Shown: positions 30,001 through 38,388, counted from the stretch's first letter. The stretch is 64,000 nucleotides of DNA from Paludibacteraceae bacterium (GCA_024401435.1 JAKSLB010000008.1:54653-118652), one strand, 5' to 3'. Notes: generated by a model not told the origin, from the letters alone. Made by a program: numbers and translations.

Positions 30001-31517
30001 ACCAAATCAATATCATTAACACTGGAGACGAAATGGAATAGAGGTTTTTCCTTACGAAGATCTGATTTTCCCAAGAAACTCAATTCCGCATTTTTATCAC
30101 TCATAATCACCTTTCCGTCAAAGCCATCATTATTGAATTTTCCCTTCAAACTTACATTTTGATAGCAATAATCTTTATAGTACAAAGAATCTATTGCACC
30201 TTCTGCATCTAACGTGAAATTTCTATCTGCAAGTTTATCCAATGTCACATTCATTTTAAATGCCACATTGCCTAATTGAGAGGAGTTACCAAAAAGTTTA
30301 TTCAAATGACAATCTGTAGTATTTATATTTCCAACAATTGTATAAGAATTGAGTAACAAATCTGGAGAATTCACAGACACTAATGTGTTTATAGATCCCA
30401 AATTAGAAGTTATGACACCCTCAGTTTTCATATTTGACAAATCACCAAATATAGATCCCTGATATGCAAAAGTTCCTATCGAATCTAACGCTTTCGGCAA
30501 CTGAATCTCTCTTTCTAAAACAACACGCAATAAATCAGACAATTCAGATGAATTAGAAGAAATTCGTTCCAAAGCACCATTTAATTTTACATTTTGTGAA
30601 TTTGGGAAAAAATCATCTACTAAAAGGTCTCCAGACACACACGTAGAAGTTCCATAATTCACTTTCAAATCTTCAATTTGTAAATGATTGAGATATCCAA
30701 AAAATTCTCCTTCTATTTGAAAAGATTGCTGTAAATTATCCAATGAAGGTTTAAAAACGGAAAAATCAGAGGGTTTAATGGTAGACTTTGAAATATGTAT
30801 GTCACCTCGTAATTTATTTATAGGGTCATCAAAAGCACGTAAATAATCGTGATAAACAGTGAAACTGTCAACATTCAACTTACTATTAAGTGTTTTCAAC
30901 GAGAAATTTTTCAATGCAATAATATCATTGTCAGAAATTATCTTAGAAGATATATTTTCCACGTAAAAACCTGATTGTTCTTTAAATGAAATATTTTCCA
31001 TTAAGACAGACAATTCATCTGTCTGAAACGAATTCACATATAGACATCCATTGATTCCATATATACGTAAATCATTTGGATTCAATTTACCTATTGTGTT
31101 ATTCTTATATGCATTTTTATAAACAATCTGACAATCATTAAATGCAACAGATTCAATATCCATTGACCATTTAAAAGAGAGTGTATCATTATTATCCGGT
31201 TTAAAAGCATCAACAAAAAATTGGAAATTAGGAACTTGTGCAGAATCCATTGACAAATTAGCCTCCAAGCCGGAGAATTGAACCGTTCTAAAGGAAATTT
31301 GAGATTGTAAAAGACGCCATACATTAATGGTCACCTTCGTTCTGTCCATAAACAACATGGTATCTTGATTCAAATCCTCTATATAAACATCTTTTAATAC
31401 AAAACTATTCAGGAAATTCCATTCAATTTCATCTATTGAAACACGGGTACCTACCTGATGAGAAAGGCTACTCGTAATAGCGTCAACGACAGAACGTTGC
31501 ATTTTCTTATTCTGCAA
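27039..31517 (-). CDS. tamB: translocation/assembly module protein TamB (DUF490 family); the true N-terminus is probably further upstream, at 31592
   Basis: 1492 aa from the TTG at 31517, very long and beta-rich, with a TamB-like C-terminal region and a Lys/Glu tail. The same frame stays open for 25 more codons upstream, encoding a TM anchor with no ATG, GTG or TTG (see findings). Confidence 0.88.
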   Translation of the reverse strand: MQNKKMQRSVVDAITSSLSHQVGTRVSIDEIEWNFLNSFVLKDVYIEDLNQDTMLFMDRTKVTINVWRLLQSQISFRTVQFSGLEANLSMDSAQVPNFQFFVDAFKPDNNDTLSFKWSMDIESVAFNDCQIVYKNAYKNNTIGKLNPNDLRIYGINGCLYVNSFQTDELSVLMENISFKEQSGFYVENISSKIISDNDIIALKNFSLKTLNSKLNVDSFTVYHDYLRAFDDPINKLRGDIHISKSTIKPSDFSVFKPSLDNLQQSFQIEGEFFGYLNHLQIEDLKVNYGTSTCVSGDLLVDDFFPNSQNVKLNGALERISSNSSELSDLLRVVLEREIQLPKALDSIGTFAYQGSIFGDLSNMKTEGVITSNLGSINTLVSVNSPDLLLNSYTIVGNINTTDCHLNKLFGNSSQLGNVAFKMNVTLDKLADRNFTLDAEGAIDSLYYKDYCYQNVSLKGKFNNDGFDGKVIMSDKNAELSFLGKSDLRKEKPLFHFVSSVNDIDLVKTHLIENADDAHISFNVETNFVGKTLDDMEGSLSMDNVVFIQDDKELSLNNFSLSATTLVNNAKRLSVYSDYLNGSIMGTYSFTSLSNLLYNIAHQYIPSIMKDEKPVIVTERKNNFQFDFTVENLEPIHDVYSMPLVVMDEARVKGFLNEEKQKFRIRVEAPKLRKGEAYLDDCVFLCENPYDQLKLMCRATYLPKNKMRNPYFLSFNSTAKENKIDLDFNFSNSVEETYSGKIGVDAFFKDYVKGEGVTADMHIKPSSIILNDTVWNIRECNIALDKKWIKIDSFLFDHGSQFLCINGINSSTSNDSINVHFSDLYLGYISDMVANKDISFNGVTDGDVFLFRMFNVPYFKGDLYVYDGALNDYVLGDMSVKSSWKEKEKCIDFNVDLLSMIEDKQDLSKSTLHGGVFLGKDSLFVGGNLKDVDLKFLRKYLKNVLHDNTGTATGYLSAYGKFGNIGLDGTLFVKNMAFNVDFLKTSYVLSDSVKFTPHTIELNQTQLFDMEGRYGIVSGMLLHDAFRNLKYAFDMKCNNLMMMNTKEEDNETFYGKVYAKGDAHISGTPEIVNINLSMKTMPNTLVTIPIEGTSTAKEGDFVSFVQHEDQKTMTEKRRIRREKIKQMNEKKSRSRSNIQLTLDLEATPDAQVHLIMDSQQGDVIRANGTGALRMTYNQKDNNFKMYGGYEIEKGDYLFTIQSVISRKFEISKGSIVQWTGNPYNAELNIKAKYGLNAPISDIIEDPNIRSSNMFVNCLLNLNGTIKSPSIKFDIELPNSDEDLKSQLRSVINTDEAMNRNIASLLAFGHFYTLDKMDRNVVATNELSSVGFSTLSSQLTNWISKINQDFNIGLNYRPTSTSTDGTITSSEFDVALSTQFLNDRLILNGNFGYRDVVTEEDNISNSIIDFDIEYKLNKSGKLRTKGFNRSNNSYFKQAPNTQGIGIVYREDFDSFSELTKSYWQSLKRAFTKKEDDETEEEKKDSKKEKSSKKK

Positions 31518-31615
31518 CGCAACATATCCAAATAATAGGAACGCAAATATAACCCCTATAATGGCTAATAATATGTAAGTAAATCGTTTTATACCTCAAG
31601 CATATTAGACTTTAT

Positions 31616-31623
31616 CAAATATA
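31616..31623 (-). promoter_or_regulatory. -7 box (TATATTTG) for tamB, embedded in a 9-bp-stem hairpin
   Basis: Perfect TAnnTTTG on the minus strand. The hairpin is agactttat (31607-31615) / ataaagtct (31621-31629). Confidence 0.5.
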
Positions 31624-31731
31624 AAGTCTTGTTTTTAACATCAAGAAACCTTTATAAAATCCTCACTGATTTGTGTTTACAAAAATAAAAAATAGTTTTC
31701 AGAGATTCTATGCTTTTTCTATCGTTTTTTG

Positions 31732-31739
31732 TAATTTTG
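31732..31739 (+). promoter_or_regulatory. -7 box (TAATTTTG) for tsaD
   Basis: Perfect TAnnTTTG, 25 nt upstream of ATG 31765. Confidence 0.6.
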
Positions 31740-31764
31740 CACACGTTTAAAAATTTTTAACGAT

Positions 31765-32790
31765 ATGGGAAATCCAGTTAATATTTTAGCCATTGAATCT
31801 TCATGTGATGACACCTCTGCAGCAGTATTAAGTGACGGTTTTTTGTTGTCTAATGTTATTGCTAGTCAAAAAGTACATGAATCGTATGGTGGCGTTGTTC
31901 CCGAATTAGCTTCTCGAGCACACCAACAAAACATCATTCCGGTTGTTCACGAAGCCATCAAACAATCAGGATTAGCAAAAGAAGAACTTTCAGCCATTGC
32001 TTTTACCCGTGGCCCAGGATTAATGGGCTCTCTATTAGTAGGCACATCATTTGCTAAAGGATTATCCCTATCTTTAAACATTCCGCTCATTGAAGTGAAC
32101 CACTTACAAGCACACATACTGGCTCACTTTATTCAAACAAAAGGAGAAGAAAAAGAGAACCCTCAATTTCCATTCCTTTGTTTATTGGTTTCTGGAGGAA
32201 ACTCACAAATCGTTCTTGTAAAGAGTCCTCGCGACATGGAAATTATTGGTCAAACAATTGACGACGCTGCAGGTGAAGCATTTGACAAATGTGCAAAAGT
32301 AATGGGTCTTCCCTACCCTGGAGGTCCTGTCATAGACAAACTCGCCAAAGAAGGAAACGAAAAGGCTTTTCAATTCTGTAAGCCACAAATCCCCAATTAC
32401 GATTATAGTTTCAGTGGACTTAAAACATCCTTTTTGTACTTGCTACGAGACGAATTAAAAAAGAACCCTAACTTCATCGAAGAGAACAAGAATGATCTTT
32501 GCGCATCTTTACAATATACGGTTATTGATATTTTGATGACAAAATTACGTAAGGCTGTCAAAGACTTAGGTATCAATCGTGTAGCCGTAGCTGGTGGTGT
32601 GTCTGCTAATTCTGCCTTACGTGCTGCTTTCGAAGATCATGCCAAAAGATACAAATGGACTATTCACATTCCTAAATTTTCTTACACAACTGATAATGGA
32701 GCAATGGTCGCCATTGCAGGTTATTTCAAATATCTAGACAAAGAATTTTGTGACATTTCATTACCTCCTTTTTCTCGTGTAGAAATGTAA
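31765..32790 (+). CDS. tsaD: tRNA N6-adenosine threonylcarbamoyltransferase
   Basis: 341 aa with ILAIESSCDDTSAAV, GPGLMGSLLVG and VAGGVSAN (Kae1/TsaD family). Confidence 0.95.
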   Translation: MGNPVNILAIESSCDDTSAAVLSDGFLLSNVIASQKVHESYGGVVPELASRAHQQNIIPVVHEAIKQSGLAKEELSAIAFTRGPGLMGSLLVGTSFAKGLSLSLNIPLIEVNHLQAHILAHFIQTKGEEKENPQFPFLCLLVSGGNSQIVLVKSPRDMEIIGQTIDDAAGEAFDKCAKVMGLPYPGGPVIDKLAKEGNEKAFQFCKPQIPNYDYSFSGLKTSFLYLLRDELKKNPNFIEENKNDLCASLQYTVIDILMTKLRKAVKDLGINRVAVAGGVSANSALRAAFEDHAKRYKWTIHIPKFSYTTDNGAMVAIAGYFKYLDKEFCDISLPPFSRVEM

Positions 32791-32808
32791 TAATAATTTC
32801 ATTCGATT

Positions 32809-33555
32809 ATGCATACTTGTCAAAGACTACTAATCATAGTTCTTCTAACAATCTTTCATATCAACTACAGTAATCTTTATGCAAAAGATGCCAAAAAATG
32901 GAATTTCAATCTATCAGTAGGTGGTGAATTCAACAAAGGAAACGTCAATAATATCGGATTAAAATCAAATGCAGAGATAGAACGAAATGATAGTCTTCTA
33001 TCTTTTAATTCCAGATGCAAATTCATTTATCAGAAAGAAGACGAAGAAGAAACAAACAAAGGAATTGACGCAGGTATTAAATTAGATTTATTTCAATACA
33101 ACAGATGGTCTCCCTTTTGGGCTACAGAATTCGTCACAAACAAATACAAAGGTTACGACTACCTTATTAGTGCTTTAACAGGTGTCAAACTTAAAATCTA
33201 CCAGCGACAAGACACTTGCGATTATTCCATTAGTGCCGCTTTCGTTTTCGACAATGTCGATTACACCCCAGACCAAAGCGAACTTGACGACAAAAATTAC
33301 AGAATATCTATTCGTCCTAAAATAAAGCAAAGAATTGGGCAAGTATTAACAATCAAACAACTATTTTTTTATCAGCCTAGCATTCTAAACTTCAGCGACT
33401 TCAATCTTAAAAGTTTGACTAACTTAGATTGTAAAATAAGCAATCATTTTTTCATCTCGCTTTCATTCGATTACGATTATAGAAGTAAAACGCCAACTGA
33501 GGAATACAAAAACAATGATTTTGCCACAGAAATAGCTTTAAAAGTAAAATTTTAA
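32809..33555 (+). CDS. DUF481-like outer-membrane beta-barrel protein
   Basis: 248 aa with a signal peptide, an alternating beta-strand pattern and a terminal ..ALKVKF. The family name is from memory. Confidence 0.65.
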   Translation: MHTCQRLLIIVLLTIFHINYSNLYAKDAKKWNFNLSVGGEFNKGNVNNIGLKSNAEIERNDSLLSFNSRCKFIYQKEDEEETNKGIDAGIKLDLFQYNRWSPFWATEFVTNKYKGYDYLISALTGVKLKIYQRQDTCDYSISAAFVFDNVDYTPDQSELDDKNYRISIRPKIKQRIGQVLTIKQLFFYQPSILNFSDFNLKSLTNLDCKISNHFFISLSFDYDYRSKTPTEEYKNNDFATEIALKVKF

Positions 33556-33564
33556 GACTGATAT

Positions 33565-33607
33565 AAGGGGATTTCTTCAAATTGCTCTGTAGTGATTTTG
33601 AAGAAAT
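33565..33607 (-). repeat. partial copy (one terminus plus subterminal hairpin) of the 197-bp TIR element
   Basis: AAGGGGATTTCTTCAAATTGCTCTGTAGTGATTTTGAA matches the distal end of copies A and B. It is preceded by TA and contains a perfect 11-bp inverted repeat, atttcttcaaa / tttgaagaaat. Homology stops after about 45 nt. Confidence 0.55.
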
Positions 33608-33750
33608 TGCAAGCATCGAAAGAAAACAACACTCATCATTTTTTCGAAAAACAATTGTCTATTTTAAAATTTTTTCCATAAATTCGCAATAAACGCAAAG
33701 GTATTCTATAAACACGCAAAGAATCACCTAAAACTTAAAGCAGAACGGAT

Positions 33751-34566
33751 ATGAAAAAAATTGTATTTAACCTCACAAAAGCAGCGGTAACCATCTCTTT
33801 TTTATCGCTTATTTCCTTCTCTTGTAAAGAAGAGCCAGAAGAAAAAATTGAAATTCAAGACAATCTTCCCGGCACATGGATATCCAAAAAGGAAGTAATA
33901 TCCGAACTTGAAGCAGGATCCACATGGAAATACAACGAAATTGAGACTCATGATTCTGGCGAATGGATAAATATTCCTTACACTTTCACAAACAACGGTT
34001 CCTACAGAATCGAATCCGTTGATAGCAACAACCATATTGTGAAATACAGTGGAAATTATACTATTGTAGGAGATACCATTCTAATGGAAAACATTGACAA
34101 CTTCCCTTGCTTCAAAGCTGGCATTACTTTCAATGGACAAACCAATATGATTTTCTCCGCAACAAGCATGAATGACAAAGGCAAAAAAATCAAAACAGAA
34201 TATTATTTCACAAAAGAGGCTAAAACTCATTCCGAAAAAGCTTTAAATAGTCTTGTATTAAAACAAAATGAAGAATATATCTTTTCAACAACTGATTATC
34301 AATACAACGGCGTCATGTTCATCAGAAGCTTATCTGAAAGTGTATCACTTATCATAAACAACAAAGACAATGTCACATTAACAGGTGATTATCCATTCTT
34401 AGTTCTGGATGAACATGGTTATCAATCGAAGACAAAAGAGGATTTAAAAAAAGGAGACAAGGTAGTTTGTTATTTTGACAAAGCGAGCAAGACTATTAAT
34501 TCATCTCATAATAATCAAGATGTAAAAGAATTTAGCATTGGTGAAGTTCTATTCTGGAATGAATAA
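33751..34566 (+). CDS. hypothetical lipoprotein
   Basis: 271 aa with a signal peptide and the lipobox LISFSC. No family recognised. Confidence 0.7.
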   Translation: MKKIVFNLTKAAVTISFLSLISFSCKEEPEEKIEIQDNLPGTWISKKEVISELEAGSTWKYNEIETHDSGEWINIPYTFTNNGSYRIESVDSNNHIVKYSGNYTIVGDTILMENIDNFPCFKAGITFNGQTNMIFSATSMNDKGKKIKTEYYFTKEAKTHSEKALNSLVLKQNEEYIFSTTDYQYNGVMFIRSLSESVSLIINNKDNVTLTGDYPFLVLDEHGYQSKTKEDLKKGDKVVCYFDKASKTINSSHNNQDVKEFSIGEVLFWNE

Positions 34567-34596
34567 CGAAAATAACAAGGCGACCATTCAATAAGC

Positions 34597-34628
34597 AAAG
34601 CCCTCCCGTTTACAACTGGAGGGCTTTT
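34597..34628. terminator. shared terminator hairpin between convergent genes
   Basis: 10-bp stem aaagccctcc / ggagggcttt. A T run follows on the plus strand, and TTTGCTT follows on the minus strand. Confidence 0.7.
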
Positions 34629-34638
34629 ATCATATTAT

Positions 34639-35583
34639 TCAAGACTCAAACGCTTTATGCAAAAATGACTCCACTCGATTTTTGTATTCATCAGGGTATT
34701 GACCTATAGCCAAAATATGCTCTCCATTGGGAACGACCCACATTTCTCGATAGCCGTTTGTTTTAGCTTCATATAACAGCTTTCCATATTTCAATGGAAC
34801 ACGTACATCTTTATCTCCATGAATTATGAAAACAGGCAATTGAATCTTTGGCATTTGTTTTAAAGCAGAAGCCTCACTATAAGACCACCCCAAGAACAGG
34901 CGACCTACTAAATTCGCAGCTTGAATCAAAGGTGTAGCAGGAATATGCATTTTATGATTAATTTCATACGCAAATTCATCATAAGCTGAGGTATAACCGC
35001 TATCATCAATTACAGCTTTGACGCAAGAAGGTAATTTTTCTCCTGCAGTCATCAATACAGAAGCACCACCCATAGATAAACCATGTAATACAATCGGCAA
35101 ATCGTTTCCTTGTATTTGTAATATATAATCAATCCACTGAATGATATCTATACGATCTTTCCATCCCATTTGAGTAATATGTCCTTCGCTCTGAGCATGA
35201 TTGACCAAATCCAGCATCAAGACATTATATGAAAATTCTTCACTATACATATAGGCTTGAGGTAATGTTTGCAATGCGCAACCAGAATAGCCATGAACTA
35301 AAATCGCAGTTGCCACAGAATTGTTTTTAGGAATATAGTATGCATGCAATTTAAGACCATCTTGATTCGTAATATAAAGATCTTGCACTAAATCTTCTTG
35401 TTGTTTTTTTTCATACCATGAAAAGACGTCAGGATATGTAGGTTTAAACGCAGAAACAAAATCAGCCTCTTTTCTTCCCAAAGGCGTACGAAGCACAGAT
35501 ATTTTCATAAAGAAAACACCAAAAAGAAAAAAAAGGATCAATACGATAAAAAAGGTAATTAGAATAAATTGGATGGATTCCAT
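34639..35583 (-). CDS. alpha/beta hydrolase (membrane-anchored)
   Basis: 314 aa with an N-terminal TM segment, the nucleophile elbow GLSMGG, and HGDKD and GEH near the C-terminus. Confidence 0.85.
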   Translation of the reverse strand: MESIQFILITFFIVLILFFLFGVFFMKISVLRTPLGRKEADFVSAFKPTYPDVFSWYEKKQQEDLVQDLYITNQDGLKLHAYYIPKNNSVATAILVHGYSGCALQTLPQAYMYSEEFSYNVLMLDLVNHAQSEGHITQMGWKDRIDIIQWIDYILQIQGNDLPIVLHGLSMGGASVLMTAGEKLPSCVKAVIDDSGYTSAYDEFAYEINHKMHIPATPLIQAANLVGRLFLGWSYSEASALKQMPKIQLPVFIIHGDKDVRVPLKYGKLLYEAKTNGYREMWVVPNGEHILAIGQYPDEYKNRVESFLHKAFES

Positions 35584-35606
35584 AATTCAAAATTTGAATG
35601 GGTGTA

Positions 35607-35650
35607 AGTTAAACAAAAGATGTTGACTATGAAAATAGCCAACATCTTTT
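35607..35650 (-). terminator. Rho-independent terminator of panB
   Basis: 11-bp stem aaaagatgttg / caacatctttt followed on the minus strand by GTTT. Confidence 0.65.
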
Positions 35651-35674
35651 CTATTTTAAAATTTCAAGTACAAA

Positions 35675-36490
35675 TCAATATTGTTCATTTTCATTAGGGA
35701 AATCACCCGATTTCACATCTGAAATATAATGTTGAATAGCTTCGGTCATTTGTTCATACAAGTTTGCATAAACGCGAAGGAACTTAGGAGCAAAGCCCTT
35801 ATTAATACCTAACATATCATGAACGACCAAAACTTGACCATCCGTAGCACCACCTGCACCAATACCAATAGTAGGGATTGAAAGACTTTCTGTTACTTTC
35901 TTTGCCAATTCAGCAGGTATTTTCTCTAAAACAAGAGCATAGCAACCAGCAGCTTCCAATTTTTTTGCATCTTCGATTAATTTCTGAGCTTCCGAGTCAT
36001 CCTTTGCACGTAATGCAAAAGAGCCATATTGATTAACAGACTGAGGCATCAAACCCAAATGTCCCATAACAGGAATACCTGCATTAATAATTTTCTGAAT
36101 ACAAGGCAACACTTCAGAGCCACCTTCTATCTTTATAGAATCTGCACCCGTCTCTTTCATTATACGTGCAGCAGAATGAACAGCATCAGCTTCAGATGCT
36201 TCATAATAGCCAAAAGGCATATCTACTACCACGTGAGCGCGTTGAACACCACGTACGACACACTGAGCATGATAAATCATTTGGTCCAATGTCATCATCA
36301 ACGTAGTCGGATTACCTGCCATCACATTTGAGGCAGAATCACCCACTAAAATGATATCAATACCCGCCTTATCAACGATAGAGGCCATTGAGAAGTCATA
36401 TGACGTAAGCATAGAAATCTTCTCTCCCTGTGTTTTCATCTTACGAAGCACACTCGTTGTTACTTTTTTAATTTCAGTATGTACAGACAT
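35675..36490 (-). CDS. panB: 3-methyl-2-oxobutanoate hydroxymethyltransferase
   Basis: [21 protein letters not shown] and IKIEGG. The start is moved to ATG 36490 because the ORF-track TTG at 36520 lies inside the -7 box. Confidence 0.94.
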   Translation of the reverse strand: MSVHTEIKKVTTSVLRKMKTQGEKISMLTSYDFSMASIVDKAGIDIILVGDSASNVMAGNPTTLMMTLDQMIYHAQCVVRGVQRAHVVVDMPFGYYEASEADAVHSAARIMKETGADSIKIEGGSEVLPCIQKIINAGIPVMGHLGLMPQSVNQYGSFALRAKDDSEAQKLIEDAKKLEAAGCYALVLEKIPAELAKKVTESLSIPTIGIGAGGATDGQVLVVHDMLGINKGFAPKFLRVYANLYEQMTEAIQHYISDVKSGDFPNENEQY

Positions 36491-36517
36491 TTCTTTTAAA
36501 TTTTTAGAAAACCTATA

Positions 36518-36525
36518 CAAAGGTA
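36518..36525 (-). promoter_or_regulatory. -7 box (TACCTTTG) for panB
   Basis: Perfect TAnnTTTG, 27 nt upstream of ATG 36490. Confidence 0.6.
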
Positions 36526-36600
36526 GGTATTTTTTTATAATCCAATCTTATTTATGAAAAACTTTACGAACTAAATGAAATATAATTATTCGAATTACAA

Positions 36601-36633
36601 TAAAAAATCAAGGGAAACTTCACAGCTTCCCTT
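36601..36633 (-). terminator. Rho-independent terminator of the acyltransferase-amidohydrolase operon
   Basis: Stem aagggaa / ttccctt followed on the minus strand by GATTTTTTA. Confidence 0.6.
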
Positions 36634-36750
36634 AATCAATTTAACCTAAACCTTAACTATGAAAAAATCTACCTGTTTTGTTTGCTTCGCAAATATGCAA
36701 TTTTTTTATTAATTTTCATATTAAAATTGTGAAAAATATTAGCCTTTTTA

Positions 36751-37536
36751 TTAATTTTTTACAAGGCATTCAAACTCATCAGCATCTTTCCATACAGGAA
36801 ACTTCTCCCTAAAATGCTGCAAATCACTAATTTGTATATCTTTCACAGTACAAATTTCAAAATCAGAAGACAAATCAACAATTGCTTGTCCTTTCATATT
36901 CAACAACATAGAACATCCACCTTGTTCTCTGTTTTCTGTATCATAACCAACTGCATTAACGCCACACACATACGCTTCATTCTCTACAGCACGAGCTGAT
37001 AGTAATATTTTCCAAGCCTCAACACGAGACTTCGGCCAACACGCCATATAAATAGCCAAATCATAATCATTCTTACGTATACGAGAAAAGACAGGGAATC
37101 GTAAATCGTAACATATCTGCAACAATATATTCCAACCCATATAAGGAACTATTACACGTTTTTTACCCGACGTAAAATAACGACCTTCGCTACCCATGCG
37201 AAACAAATGTCTTTTATCGTAATAATAAGAATCACCTTGTGGTGTAAAGAAAAAGGCTCTATTGTAACAAGTAGAATTTTCTGTGATCATTAAACTTCCC
37301 GTAATAGCTATATTATAACAACGAGACCACTCTTGTAACAAACGAATGGTTGGTCCATCGTTCGATTCTGCTAATTGAGATTCTCCTACACAAAAACCAG
37401 TTGTAAACATTTCTGGAACAATTAACAAATCGGCCTCATTAGGATGTTCTTCCAACCAAGTTTGAAGAGTATGTAAGTTTGCCTTTACATCCCCCCATTT
37501 CACATTCATTTGGAACAAGGCTACACGCATAATCAA
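36751..37536 (-). CDS. carbon-nitrogen hydrolase family amidohydrolase (YafV/omega-amidase-like)
   Basis: 261 aa with catalytic contexts VPEMF (Glu) and ICYDLRFP (Cys). It overlaps the upstream gene by 4 nt. Confidence 0.85.
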   Translation of the reverse strand: MIMRVALFQMNVKWGDVKANLHTLQTWLEEHPNEADLLIVPEMFTTGFCVGESQLAESNDGPTIRLLQEWSRCYNIAITGSLMITENSTCYNRAFFFTPQGDSYYYDKRHLFRMGSEGRYFTSGKKRVIVPYMGWNILLQICYDLRFPVFSRIRKNDYDLAIYMACWPKSRVEAWKILLSARAVENEAYVCGVNAVGYDTENREQGGCSMLLNMKGQAIVDLSSDFEICTVKDIQISDLQHFREKFPVWKDADEFECLVKN

Positions 37537-38081
37537 ATAGCAAAGTTTTCAGGATAGCGACCTTTAAATGCAGTATAATACGTTTTTACGAATTGAATAT
37601 CAGCATCTTCATCATCAGTAGGAACAAATATCTGTTCTACTCCTGCCATTTTTTTCGAATAATCTAAATAGACCAATATAATAGGAACATTAGCACCTTT
37701 TGCAATATAATAAAATCCTCGTTTCCAATTAGGATTCGGTTTTCTTGTCGCTTCTGGTGTTACAGCCAAACAAAAATAGTCACGACTATTAAACTCATCT
37801 ATCATTTGATCCACAAGAGAAGAACGTTTCTGACGATTAACAGGTATTCCTCCAAGGAAATTGAAAAAATAGTTCAACGGAAAAACAAACCACTCTTTTT
37901 TGATGAAAAATGAAACTTTTCGTTTTCCGCCAACAGCAAAATAGAGTAATTCACCCAATAACAAATCCCAATTACTAGTATGAGGAGCAACACAAAAAAC
38001 AGCCTTATTGGGAAGTTCTACAGAAAGTTTGTAATTCCATCCTATCAATCGTAAAATAAACGAACAAATTTTTTGTTTCAT
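37533..38081 (-). CDS. 1-acyl-sn-glycerol-3-phosphate acyltransferase family protein
   Basis: HTSNWD (HX4D) and TPEATR motifs. The start is moved to ATG 38081, downstream of its -7 box; the ORF-track GTG at 38144 lies upstream of that promoter. Confidence 0.85.
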   Translation of the reverse strand: MKQKICSFILRLIGWNYKLSVELPNKAVFCVAPHTSNWDLLLGELLYFAVGGKRKVSFFIKKEWFVFPLNYFFNFLGGIPVNRQKRSSLVDQMIDEFNSRDYFCLAVTPEATRKPNPNWKRGFYYIAKGANVPIILVYLDYSKKMAGVEQIFVPTDDEDADIQFVKTYYTAFKGRYPENFAI

Positions 38082-38113
38082 TATTATAGAAGCATTAAAT
38101 CTCAAAAAACGAA

Positions 38114-38121
38114 CAAAGATA
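38114..38121 (-). promoter_or_regulatory. -7 box (TATCTTTG) for the acyltransferase operon
   Basis: Perfect TAnnTTTG, 32 nt upstream of ATG 38081. Confidence 0.6.
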
Positions 38122-38144
38122 GAAAGATTTCGAGATTTTTGCAC

Positions 38145-38152
38145 TATTTTTG
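38145..38152 (+). promoter_or_regulatory. -7 box (TATTTTTG), candidate promoter of the 38389-44447 operon
   Basis: Perfect TAnnTTTG, back-to-back with the acyltransferase promoter. It is separated from ATG 38389 by the 197-bp repeat. Confidence 0.5.
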
Positions 38153-38179
38153 TAAAACAAAAAGAGACAAAAGAGTATA

Positions 38180-38376
38180 AGGAATTTCTACAAATTACCT
38201 TGTAGTGATTTTGAAATTTTTATTAGGCAAATGGCTGAACAGGAAGAAGGAGCAGTGCGAGCACTGCGACTGATTGGAAATCAGCAAGATGGCAACAAAA
38301 ATTCAAAAACACACAAAAGACGAAAGAATAATTCTTATTTAAAAATTAAAAAATCGGGGAATTTATAGAACTCCCC
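38180..38376 (-). mobile_element. 197-bp MITE-like element with terminal inverted repeats, copy A
   Basis: Homologous in inverted orientation to 56782-56978, which has the same length. TIRs are AGGAATTTCTACAAATT and (reverse complement) GGGGAGTTCTATAAATT. TA lies on both flanks. No ORF is conserved between the copies. Confidence 0.75.
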
Positions 38377-38388
38377 TATAATCACAAT

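Noticed and set aside
38231-38368. 45-codon ORF (MAEQEEGAVRALRLIGNQQDG...) inside repeat copy A.
   Set aside because: The aligned sequence in copy B carries an in-frame TGA and other frame-breaking differences, so conservation is at the nucleotide or structure level and not as a peptide.
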